From Eledone cirrhosa (Eukaryota), in NCBI GenBank assembly GCA_964016885.1, contig OZ024743.1, positions 35,774,001 through 35,838,000 of the forward strand: a stretch of DNA of 64,000 nucleotides. The letters run 5' to 3'. Below the pieces are notes generated by a model. That model was not told the DNA's origin. It ran no database searches and worked only from the letters and a program-made list of their open reading frames with translations. A program made the position numbers and the translations under genes. The first letter of the stretch is position 1. Each line of letters begins with the position of its first letter. Below are positions 1 to 11,401 of the stretch, piece after piece.

Positions 1-1380
1 ACTGTGTCATTACTATACTGTGAAGACCTGTAAGATATAGAAACACTACACTGTGTCATTACTATACTCTGAAGACCTGTAATATATAGAAATACTACAC
101 TGTGTCATTACTATACTCTGAAGACCTATAATATATAGAAACACTACACTGTGTCATTACTATACTCTGAAGACCTATAATATATAGAAACACTACACTG
201 TGTCATTACTATACTGTGAAGACCTGTAAGATATAGAAACACTACACTGTGTCATTACTATACTCTGAAGACCTGTAATATATAGAAACACTACACTGTG
301 TCATTACTATACTCTGAAGACCTATAATATATAGAAACACTACACTGTGTCATTACTATACTCTGAAGACCTATAATATATAGAAACACTACACTGTGTC
401 ATTACTATACTCTGAAGACCTATAATATATAGAAACACTACACTGTATCATTACTATACTCTGAAGACCTGTAAGATAGAGAAATACTACACTGTGTCAT
501 TACTATACTCTGAAGACCTGTAAGATATAGAAACACTACACTGTGTCATTACTATACTCTGAAGACCTGTAAGATATAGAAACACTACACTGTGTCATTA
601 CTATACTCTGAAGACCTGTAAGATAGAGAAATACTACACTGTGTCATTACTATACTCTGAAGACCTGTAAGATATAGAAACACTACACTGTGTCATTACT
701 ATACTCTGAAGACCTATAATATATAGAAACACTACACTGCATCATTACTATACTCTGAAGACCTATAATATATAGAAACACTACACTGTGTCATTACTAT
801 ACGCTGAAGACCTGTAAGATATAGAAACACTACACTGTGTCATTACTATACTCTGAAGATCTGTAAGATATAGAAACACTACACTGCATCATTACTATAC
901 TCTGAAGACCTATAATATATAGAAACACTACACTGTGTCATTACTATACTCTGAAGACCTGTAAGATATAGAAACACTACACTGTGTCGTTACTATACCG
1001 TGAAGACCTGTAAGATATAGAAACACTAGACTGTATCATTACTATACTGTGAAGACCTGTAAGATATAGAAACACTACACTGTGTCATTACTATACTGTG
1101 AAGACCTGTAATATATAGAAACACTACACTGTGTCATTACTATACTGAGAAGACCTGTAATATATAGAAACACTACACTGTATCATTACTATACTCTGAA
1201 GACCTGTAAGATATAGAAACACTAGACTGTATCATTACTATACTGAGAAGACCTGTAAGATATAGAAACACTACACTGTATCATTACTATACTCTGAAGA
1301 CCTGTAAAATATAGAAACACTACACTGTGTCATTACTATACTGTGAAGACCTGTAAAATATAGAAACACTACACTGTGTC
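1..1380. repeat. 49-bp tandem satellite (~28 copies visible, continues off the left edge)
   Basis: Unit ACTGTGTCATTACTATACTCTGAAGACCTGTAAGATATAGAAACACTAC recurs every 49 bp; the array stops abruptly after ...ACTGTGTC at 1380. Confidence 0.97.
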
Positions 1381-1471
1381 AAAGAAAATATTTAATATTA
1401 AATGAGTAAACGATATAACACCTTGAGTGAATTACTTTTTTCATATTGTTATTAATAATTTAGCTTTATTC

Positions 1472-1727
1472 ACAATAATTTATAACTTTGCCTATTAATC
1501 CGTATGGTGAGCAAATGGGGTCCCACGTGCTGGCCTCCACACAGCCCCGGCGGACAGGATGGAGAAGGCGTTTCCCCGGAGGATGGTAAGGGAGATGCGC
1601 TGGAAGAGCCATTCCAACTCGTGAGGCTCACACCTGCGGCTGGCCAGCTCAGTACCTATGGTGGTGAATAGGGAGGTAGCCCTAGGACCAAGGACACCAG
1701 AAGTCTCCACTGCCAAGGGTACGACCG
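1472..1727 (-). mobile_element. 3' fragment of a CRE-like RLE-type non-LTR retrotransposon
   Basis: Translates VVPLAVETSGVLGP...WLFQRISLTILRGNAFSIL, matching the PLAVET..G and QR.S....RGNA C-terminal motifs of CRE-clade restriction-like endonuclease elements; second copy at 37905-38172. Confidence 0.75.
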
Positions 1728-2379
1728 GTACTTGGAGAGTTTGACCTCCTCAGCCCGACGTGCAGCAGTACATTTTACTTATAATGATAATTTCGAGAAA
1801 AAAAGAAAAGAAAAAAAGAAAATATATAATTTTCATAGGTTTTGAATTATATATGAGGCAATTACAATATCGCTTATATAAGGAAATATAGATGTATTAG
1901 TCATTATAGTGAGAGGTTATCATTCACACGATGGAGGTCATGGCATGCTATATTCACAGACGTTGATCCAGAAACAACACCAGAAGACCAAGTGTATGTA
2001 ACCCGTTCGCCTATACACACGCACTGACACACATGCACATCTACGCATACACACACACGTATGCATACATAAAGTATTATTGATATTAGAAATAAAAAAA
2101 AGGGTTAATGCTAGAAAGCTGAACACGGTTATATTTGGATAAACTCGGTATGACACGACAGAGCAATGAAATCATCGATAGAAATCGAATTGGAGCCGAC
2201 TGGTCCTGAGCTTCTTTGAGTGTATTTAAGATTTTTTGTAGAAAATATTCTAGTAGAAAAAAACAATGAGTGAAAATGTTGGTCCGAAGGATATACTAGA
2301 TTTATTTTTATCGAAGGTTGTTAGTATTGAGCATCCTAATGGTTCATTGAGTACTGTGAATAATGTCAGACCTAAAAAG

Positions 2380-2900
2380 ATGTTATGAATTCTATTATAA
2401 AATATTTGCATCATCTTTCTTGAGTTGTCAGGATATTGTGAGTTTGATAAGCTTGGTCGTTGAAACCAAAGTATCGAAAAGGAGCTGATACAAATGAGAA
2501 TCCTTAACGGCTTACATCAAACATTCCACAGATCGAGAATGGTGAAACAGCTGCCGTTGAGATATATGCCACTTAATGATTCTGTGAATTTCCTACTTTC
2601 AAGAACATCAAATTTTAAGAGTTGATATTTTCATGAAGTAGAGCGGAATTCTGCGAATTCTGACACCCCTTACAGCCTCCACTACGATGAAACAACGTCA
2701 CATTGACAAATGATACCAGTGAGTCTTCTATACTAGGAATTATATCACAGGGTAACCACCTAGTGCTACATTTATCAAGGAGATTAATTTCTGATGAATC
2801 TAATTAATTGATTATTGAAAGGCTTTAGTCATTGATAAAACGGGCCTAGAAAAATACTTGATTCTGACCACAGGGTCATTGAGCTCTGCATACACCAGTT
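2380..2900 (+). pseudogene. possible highly decayed hAT-like transposase remnant
   Basis: Fragment ADTPYSLHYDETT (near 2660-2697) resembles the hAT FSL..DETT catalytic-Asp motif; many stops and frameshifts. Confidence 0.25.
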
Positions 2901-2934
2901 AAATTGTTTTTTATTGGTCAGCTATGCTCAATTG

Positions 2935-3300
2935 TTCAGTAATGTGCCTTGGTGCGAGTAGTTAATGCAGGGCCGGAAATCTGCTGGAATAGTTAACATA
3001 CGCATGCTTCACAGTAGTCAAGTTTCTCTACAGAAGTTACTGCTATGATTGATTAGCTATGATAGAAGGAGCCATTGCCCTGTCTGGAGCTTGAAATATT
3101 TTCGCATACATTTTGGGCAAGGTCTGTTATATATAGATAGTACTTGAGATTTTTTTGTTCAGCATCAAATGTTTTCGCTGGGATGTGAAGCATTTTAATC
3201 AAGCATAGAGTGTATTGCTTTGATGCATTTGAATAGGAAGGTTTAGGTTTCACGATGCTCCAGATTATAGAACACCATTGATTCAGCTCTCCTCTGCTTC
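2935..3300 (-). pseudogene. possible decayed Ty3/Gypsy pol remnant (RNase H end to integrase zinc-binding region)
   Basis: Minus-strand fragments KPKPSYSNASK..LHIPAKTFDA and RMLTIPADFRPCINYSHQG resemble Gypsy HIPGK....AD and R.VIP...R.....LH.SHQG motifs. Confidence 0.35.
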
Positions 3301-3783
3301 CAATATTATTGAGAAAGATAGATGGAATTAATGTATTTGGAAGCTAAAGTACAATGGAATCAATAACGTACCCATTAAATCCTTTATTAAACCGTTATTA
3401 AAACCTTTATTTAATCCTTTCTACAAACTTTTATGAAAACCGTTATAAACTTAAGTTAAACCATTTATAAGCACGTTTATTAAAACCTTACAAAGCCTTT
3501 ATTAGAAGCTTTTGAATAGTGTTAGAATTATTGTTACGTTTTACTATCTTTGCTTTATTTAAAGATATACTTTTAAGCTTATATGAAACAGATTATTAAA
3601 CGTGTATTCAAAGTTATCTTAATTCTGTATTATTATATTTTAAAATTCTTTATTAAATAGTTATTAAACTTTTATTAAACTATATTAAACATTTATTACA
3701 TCATTTATTAAACCTTTGTTAAACGTTATGAGATACTTCATTAAAAACCTTATCAATCCAACTCCTCCTTCTCCACCCCCCAC

Positions 3784-3910
3784 CATCATCATCATCATCA
3801 TCATCATCATCATTATCTTCTTCTTCTTCTTCTTCTTCTTCTTCTTCTTCTTCTTTCGTGGTTATTGTTGTTGTTGTTGTCGTCGTCGTCGTCGTTGTTC
3901 TTGTTGTTAT
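3784..3910. repeat. compound trinucleotide microsatellite (CAT)n(CTT)n(GTT)n(GTC)n
   Basis: Directly visible. Confidence 0.95.
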
Positions 3911-4784
3911 TCCTATTCAGACAGTCAGTTAATTTATTCAACAAGAGTGAGGTCGCATGTTCCCATGGCAGCGCCACTATAAAAATAAACCTTTTTTTCA
4001 CAGTTTCTATGTGAAAGAGCTGTAAAGCTAGACTTGTATTTCCCGTTACAAAAGGGAACCAATCCAGTTGTTTCCTATCATTTTCCTTTCAATACCTCAC
4101 TTAGGTTTTTTTTTCATGTGTTTCTCAGAAGTCAACTTCAGAAACATTCACAGTACCTCTTAAGAACCGACTATTTTGTTCTCATTGTGTTTTTCACTCT
4201 CGCCTTCTCTATCTCTCCTCCTATACCTCTCCTTCTATTTCCCACCTTCCCTATTACTATCTTTCTCAATCTCTCTATATAGCCCCTCTCTCTCTCATTT
4301 TTTTTTATCTTTTCCTCCCACCTTTCTATTGTTTTCGATCTCTTTTTAAGTAAATCCTTTTTATCTCTGCTCTATTACGAAATTATTGACGCTAAATTTT
4401 TTAGCTTTTTTCCCGTCAAATTTAAGAAAAACAAAAAAAAAAAATTAACGAAACAAAGCGCACGCGCACACGCACACAAACCCATATACAGCCACATACA
4501 CCCACACACCCACAAACACACCCATGCAAGTACAAAAGACTGAAAAAAACAATCATTATTATTTCATCATAGAAGACGACTGTCCCCTTTAAGAGATCCC
4601 AGCCATTCCACAAAGAAACCTCAAGCGTTCTTTTAAAGGAGAGTCAGGTTGTTCCCTCCAAAAATGTTACTTCGTTAAAAGGCCCGGCACTATTCAGGGC
4701 GCAAAACTCAGAGAGGTGCATTGCTGAACCTTAAAAAGCTCAAAATTTTATACAAATTTGCATAATTAAATAAAATATATAATG

Positions 4785-4999
4785 ATTTCTTATATAGGCA
4801 CATCCCAGCAATTTTGGGGGAGGGGAAATTCGATTAAATCGATTCCAGTGTGTGACTGGTACTTTATTTTATCGACCCCGTAAGGATGAAAGACAAAGTT
4901 AACCTCGGCAGGATTTGAACTCAGATTATAAAGGGCTGTAACTCTATGCTGGAAAGCATGGCATCCGACCCTCTACCGATACTGCCAATCCACCGCCCT
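4785..4999 (-). mobile_element. tRNA-derived SINE with Meta-type central domain
   Basis: Reverse strand has A box TGGCAGTATCGG, B box GAGTTCAAATCC, then the ..CTTTCATCCTTACGGGGTCGATAAAATAAAGTACCAG core; many copies in the window. Confidence 0.9.
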
Positions 5000-5649
5000 C
5001 ATTAAATTAAATATATAATAATTTCCTGCGATCTATAAATATATCACTAAACATCGTTGCCGCATAGTAGCGTTGTGGACATATCTAAAATGATGAAGAA
5101 GGTCATATAGTGTTATGACTTATCACATAATTTGATGTGGGTGAATGTTAACTGTGTAGTAGAAAATTTCCATAGTGTGGTTTAGAGCAAGAAGTTACAA
5201 AACTAGGTTGCCAAGCTATAAGATGGAATTATTTTTGTGGGGAGAATGGATCGCATAAATGGAAGATATCCACACTGCAGAGTTAGCTTAGCACATTAGA
5301 TATTCTATTTGGTGTAGTTTAATTCTAAGGTCGTTTAAAAGGAGGAATTAACGTTTGAAGTAATATATTAGCACAATTTAAAAGAGAACTGTATAATCGA
5401 TTGTATAGACGCCAGTGTATTACTGGTACTTATTTTATTGTAATCATCAGGGTTTGGAATCAGAACGTAAGGTATGGACCAGTAACTCTTGAGGGAGTCG
5501 TAGGGGCGCCATATTGAAATACGGCGTTTCTAGGGCGTTTCTTAAACCTGGTGGAGCCCATCTCCCCTCCAGGCCTAAGTACAGTAGATTTCTTCCAGAG
5601 AAGGATAGAGTGATTGAGAGAAAGGAAGTGAGATAGAGATATAGACGAA

Positions 5650-5800
5650 GAATCGATCCCAGTAGTTGACTGGTATTTTTTTTATCGACCATGAATGGAT
5701 GAAAGGCAAAGTTAACCACGGCGGGATTTGAACTCAGAGAGCAGAGAGCCGAAATGAATACTACAAGGCATTCTATCCAACGTTCTAACGACTCTGCCAA
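5650..5800 (-). mobile_element. diverged copy of the Meta-domain SINE
   Basis: B box and GCCTTTCATCC..GTCGATAAAA core on the minus strand. Confidence 0.8.
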
Positions 5801-5863
5801 TTCGTAGAGCGTAAGGAGATGTAACTAAATACCGTAAGGAATTTAGTTCGAAACTCACACACA

Positions 5864-5902
5864 TCTCTGATGAGATTCCTAAAACATTCAAAATCGGTCA
5901 GA
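5864..5902 (+). ncRNA. decayed type I hammerhead motif
   Basis: TCT-CTGATGA-GA..TC-AAAA-TCG-GTC-AGA; GAAAC appears decayed to AAAAT. Confidence 0.45.
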
Positions 5903-6162
5903 CTGCTCACACATTTTATGGCTATTTATATATAAAAAAAACAAAAACAAAATTATACTTGTATTTAATTCGCTAAAATTACATTATGTCAATAAAGAAA
6001 TATCTATTAAAACAAAATGGGACTATTACGGTCTGGGAATTTTACAAGATAGTGAGATATAAACAATTTTTAATAAAAAAGATCAAATTTGAACACAGTA
6101 GTGTTTTTAATATAATATATTTAAAAAAGCTGTTTCCTATTTGTCCTCAAATAGACGCACGC

Positions 6163-6243
<81 letters not shown>

Positions 6244-6261
6244 CAAAGCAGGGGAGTACGT

Positions 6262-6696
<435 letters not shown>

Positions 6697-7032
6697 GCAA
6701 ATAAGACCGTCGATTGTCCTAAGCCGTATAAAACACATCTAGAAAATCCATGCCAACCTCAAGCCCTAGCCAGATACAAAACAAACGCCTAAACTCGGAC
6801 TCAGATATCATCCATATAACTTTAAACCAACCGCTGACCTACACACCCGACCTAAAAACCCGACCTACACGTCCAAGACCGTCAATTTTCTTAACTCGAT
6901 CATCCATGAACTCATGTAAATGCAATCCATACATCTACATTCGACCTCATTTAGCAGACTCAAACCTCTCAAAGAAGAGTTAAACAACATATGTATATAA
7001 TATATATATATATAATATGTATATAATATATA

Positions 7033-7087
<55 letters not shown>

Positions 7088-7407
7088 CTAGTTTAATGGG
7101 CTTCCACTGATGATTTATAGGCGCCCACCTAAATATATTCTTACATGAATGTATATTAGGCTTCTACATAAACTGGAAATATTCTCCGAATTTGTAGAAA
7201 ACTTATAATGAAACAATTGTTTGGAAAGAGAGATATATTTTAACTTTAATTATATCTCATAAAATAATACAACTGGCTTTTCCACATAATACATATTGTT
7301 AGCACCCCAAACACTTAAATTGGGTTTATATTAAAATATAACCTAATGTTTGTTGAGTGAGATGGTTACCAGTCAGAGATTAGCTTTAAACTATCTCTGT
7401 TATTGTA

Positions 7408-7450
<43 letters not shown>

Positions 7451-7578
7451 TAGGTAAATATACACGGGTGTGTATGATTGTGTATAGAAGATTATATTAA
7501 TAAAAGGAATTCCAACTTTGTCTGATTTACTCGTTTTATTTACAATCCTTTAAAATATATATAATATGGTATTATAAT

Positions 7579-7763
7579 TGTTTCTACTTTAGGCACAAGG
7601 CCAGCAATTACCCAGTGCATTACTGGTACTTTATTTTATCGACCCCGTAAGGATGAAAGGCAAAGTCAACCTCGGCGGGATTTGAACTCAGATCATAAAG
7701 GGACGTAACTATGCTGGAAAGCATGGCGTCCGACCCTCTACCGATACTGCCAATCCACCGCCC
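7579..7763 (-). mobile_element. full-length Meta-domain SINE with 14-bp TSD
   Basis: TSD TATGGTATTATAAT at 7565-7578 and 7764-7777; the uninterrupted target is seen in the paralog near 16400-16500. Confidence 0.93.
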
Positions 7764-7815
7764 TATGGTATTATAATGAAATAGTATGATAGAATATTAA
7801 ATTCTAAGTGTTAAT

Positions 7816-7854
7816 TGAACAAGTACTTTCATGCTTTCGCAATCTTCAGGTTCA
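7816..7854 (-). ncRNA. minimal type I hammerhead ribozyme (inverted copy)
   Basis: Reverse complement of 8289-8327. Confidence 0.75.
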
Positions 7855-8288
7855 TGATATGTGGTGACAGTCGAGTTTGCAATTTTCAACTGTAATGAGA
7901 TGGGTAAATTTACTACCTTTTATACATTTTATACAGAGAAAAGTGGCTCCAGAATGCAAAGCCCTGTAAACTGTATTTCGACCAATCAGTGTGTAGTTTC
8001 ACTGAATTACTACAGCTGATTGGTTTAAGCGTCACGGCTGGTTGAGCATGCTAACGTCCAATAGTCATACCCAACGTATCAATTGTTTTGCTTTTTGAAA
8101 TGATGAAAATAGCATTAAACCAATCAGCTGTAGTAATTCAGTGAAACTACACACTGATTGGTCGAAATACAGTTTACAGGGCTTTGCATTCTGGAGCCAC
8201 TTTTCTCTGTATAAAATGTATAAAAGGTAGTAAATTTACCCATCTCATTACAGTTGAAAATTGCAAACTCGACTATCACCACATATCA

Positions 8289-8327
8289 TGAACCTGAAGA
8301 TTGCGAAAGCATGAAAGTACTTGTTCA
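8289..8327 (+). ncRNA. minimal type I hammerhead ribozyme
   Basis: Stem I TGAAC/GTTCA, CTGAAGA, stem II TGC-GAAA-GCA, GAAA, palindromic AGTACT stem III, CUU cleavage triplet. Confidence 0.78.
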
Positions 8328-8530
8328 ATTAACACTTAGAATTTAATATTCTATCATATATATATATATATCTCACATAAGAAACGGAGAATCAGTGGTG
8401 CGACGAATAAGATTAATTAGACATACTACAATCGTTTCTCTGGCGACCAGCTCGAGGCACGATCGATGCAGTGATCAAACCTGACTCTGAAATCGCAAGA
8501 TCCTCGGATATGTCTCGATTCTACGAAGCA

Positions 8531-8620
<90 letters not shown>

Positions 8621-8667
8621 GCATATATATATGTGTGTAGTGTGTGTGTGTGTGTGTGTGTGTGTGT

Positions 8668-8787
8668 ATCCCGGGTTCAGCCGAGGGTAACCACAGTAAG
8701 TAAGGTACTCAGTACATAGCAGAGTATAGATATTTAATATAGAAATGGCTTCTACAGGACTGGAACTGTTGAAACATTTCTATATTA
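8668..8787 (-). mobile_element. pLTR fragment of the family seen at 33489-33615, with a small terminal fold-back
   Basis: CCCGGGTTCA..GTAAGTAAGGTACTCA shared with 33570-33612 and 36990-37035. Confidence 0.6.
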
Positions 8788-9132
8788 AATATATATATAT
8801 ATATATATATATACAAATGAATATATGATAGGGATAAACACTGATACAAGTATAATCCGTATGTAGAAGATGTCGTGAAGAAAAGTTTAAAATACAAAAT
8901 TTCAACGATATAATTCATTGGAAGCAGAGTCAAAATAATACAAACAGTGAAAACAATGAAATTAAACAAAGTACGGGTAATTCATAGTAAAACTCATTAT
9001 TTTACGATCGTTTCTGGGGGGTAGTTCTCCGTATGTTCATTCTATTCATTCTATTAGTGATCTATGTAAAATATATTACAAACTATCAAAGTAAGAAAAT
9101 ATACATACGCCTTCCCTACCCGCCGTCTTCAG

Positions 9133-9183
<51 letters not shown>

Positions 9184-9189
<6 letters not shown>

Positions 9190-9420
9190 TATGTATACGT
9201 ACATACATATATGCGTACAGACGTACAGTAGTATGTATATATATACATACATGCACACACACACGTATATATATATATATGTACGTATGGGTTTACCGAA
9301 CATTTATTATAATGTTCGGTAAACCCATACGTACATATATATATATATGTGTGCATGTATGTATATATATATACATACTACTGTACGTCTGTATACATAT
9401 GTACGTATACATACTTATAT
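9184..9420. repeat. imperfect palindrome centred near 9307
   Basis: GTACGTATGGGTTTACCGAACATT / AATGTTCGGTAAACCCATACGTAC core; arms extend about 110 bp through microsatellite-like sequence. Confidence 0.85.
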
Positions 9421-9473
9421 TTAGGTATCAGCCGTACTAAGAGTGAGAAATGAAATTTCGTTTCATTCTTTTG

Positions 9474-9581
<108 letters not shown>

Positions 9582-9933
9582 GTGTAATGAATTCTTTTAC
9601 AATGAAATTAGCTCAAAGAAAGAAATATTTCTGAGCCGTGTAAAACATTTAAATATAAATTAATATATATGATGAAACACAAATACCAACATATCTGTAT
9701 TTATATTGTAAAAGAAAATTTAGTTAGCTAGAATGAAGTATACTAATTATAATATTTATAAATTTTTAAATGTTTTATATATATATATATATATATAGGA
9801 ACAAGTCCTACTTGTCATATGACTCCAGTTCCTCAGTGAATTAACAACCCAACAAGGAACTGGGCATATCAGAGTATTGACAATATTATACACCTAAACA
9901 ACATATGTACTTGTCTATACCATACTAATTCAA

Positions 9934-9988
9934 ACTGCCTGAAGAGGTCACAGCCAAAGATGGCTGTCACTGAAATATATATAGCAGT
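9934..9988 (+). ncRNA. minimal type I hammerhead ribozyme
   Basis: Stem I ACTGC/GCAGT, CTGAAGA, stem II GGTCACAGCCA/TGGCTGTCACT, GAAA, palindromic ATAT loop, AUA site; AATAAA follows immediately. Confidence 0.82.
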
Positions 9989-10032
9989 AATAAACGAAGC
10001 TAAATTTTAATCATTTGACTTTTATTTAAGTT

Positions 10033-10080
<48 letters not shown>

Positions 10081-10084
<4 letters not shown>

Positions 10085-10437
10085 GTAGTTAAGAAAGCCA
10101 CAACAATGCAGAGGGAAATCTCGAGGTAGGAAGTGAAAGATAGATAGGAAAAACAGGTGAAAGTGAAAATTGAGAGAGACAAAGATGAAAACAAAACAAA
10201 GGTAGAAGGGTTACTTTCTCCACTTGGCCTGTTCCCCCCCTTTTGGAACTTTCCCCCGTTGATGGGCGTGAGCCCGAAATATTGGGATTAAATCTCCACT
10301 ACGGTAACCCTTCTACCTTTGTTTTGTTTTCATCTTTGTCTCTCTCAATTTTCACTTTCACCTGTTTTTCCTATCTATCTTTCACTTCCTACCTCGAGAT
10401 TTCCCTCTGCATTGTTGTGGCTTTCTTAACTACGTAT
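10081..10437. repeat. inverted repeat, 134-bp arms, probable pLTR fold-back
   Basis: 10081-10214 is the reverse complement of 10304-10437; starts at a (TA)n tract. Confidence 0.9.
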
Positions 10438-10675
10438 TTTACACATTTCACAATGCTTCAAGCAAACTTTAACACCCTCTTATATATATATATATGTATA
10501 GTGAAAAATGGAACGGGAACAAAACAGAGAGGCAGTACAAACAAAAGTTTATTAGTTATATGTATATATATGTAGGTTCCCGAGTTGTGCCGGGGTGTAA
10601 CCACATTTAAAAAAAAAAGGTACTTAATACTAATGAAACAGTTTTAGTCCTGTAGAAGATATTTCTCTCTCTATT

Positions 10676-10706
<31 letters not shown>

Positions 10707-10736
10707 ATCTCTATCTCTCTATCTCTCTCTCCTCTC

Positions 10737-10862
<126 letters not shown>

Positions 10863-10918
10863 GTTAAATAATGAAGAGTAACATGGTTGGGTGTACAATA
10901 AGGGCTTTATTTAAAGTA

Positions 10919-11021
10919 ATCCCGCCGAGGTTAACTTTGCCTTTCATCCTTACGGGGTCGATAAAATAAAGTACCAGTAATACACTGGATAATTGCTGGC
11001 CTTGTGCCTAACGTAGAAACA
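10919..11021 (+). mobile_element. 5'-truncated Meta-domain SINE with 13-bp TSD
   Basis: TSD TTTATTTAAAGTA at 10906-10918 and 11022-11034. Confidence 0.88.
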
Positions 11022-11032
11022 TTTATTTAAAG

Positions 11033-11141
11033 TACTGACAATTGTTTCGTTGATCATGTGGGTCTAGAGTTCGCTAATCGCTTGATGTTGCGTTATTCGA
11101 TCTCCAATACATTATTGACCTATGGTCAACACATCAGAATA
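11033..11141 (-). ncRNA. hammerhead-like motif with extended stem II
   Basis: Minus strand: TATT-CTGATGT-GTTGACCAT...ATGATCAAC-GAAAC-AATT-GTC-AGTA; A9 replaced by U. Confidence 0.55.
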
Positions 11142-11170
11142 TGTAGATATGAAAATAATTCACTCGATAT

Positions 11171-11361
11171 ATAGGAAAAGAGTCAGGACCCCGACGGCTG
11201 AGATCCGGCGTTTAGACAGCTAGTTCTGAACTAGCTGTTGAAACGGCCGGAGCTTCGCCGTCGGGGTCCTGACTCTTTTCCTATTACCCATTCTACTACC
11301 CTATGTATCGAGTACTCTGGTGCGCTGTGGTTAACCTGGTTACTTACCACACTTCCCTCGT

Positions 11362-11363
<2 letters not shown>
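11171..11363. repeat. dispersed repeat beginning with a 114-nt GC-rich hairpin
   Basis: 11171-11198 pairs perfectly with 11257-11284 and the interior also pairs; diverged inverted copy at 16997-17115. Confidence 0.8.

Positions 11364-11391
<28 letters not shown>

Positions 11392-11401
<10 letters not shown>

Larger units (their letters stand above)
7785..8358. repeat. long inverted repeat (244-bp arms, 86-bp spacer) of a Penelope-like pLTR
   Basis: 7785-8028 is the near-perfect reverse complement of 8115-8358; arms carry CCAAT boxes, TATAAAAG and a hammerhead. Confidence 0.92.

Noticed and set aside
1-1380. CRISPR array
   Set aside because: Units are contiguous near-identical repeats with no unique spacers, no cas genes, and the context is eukaryotic
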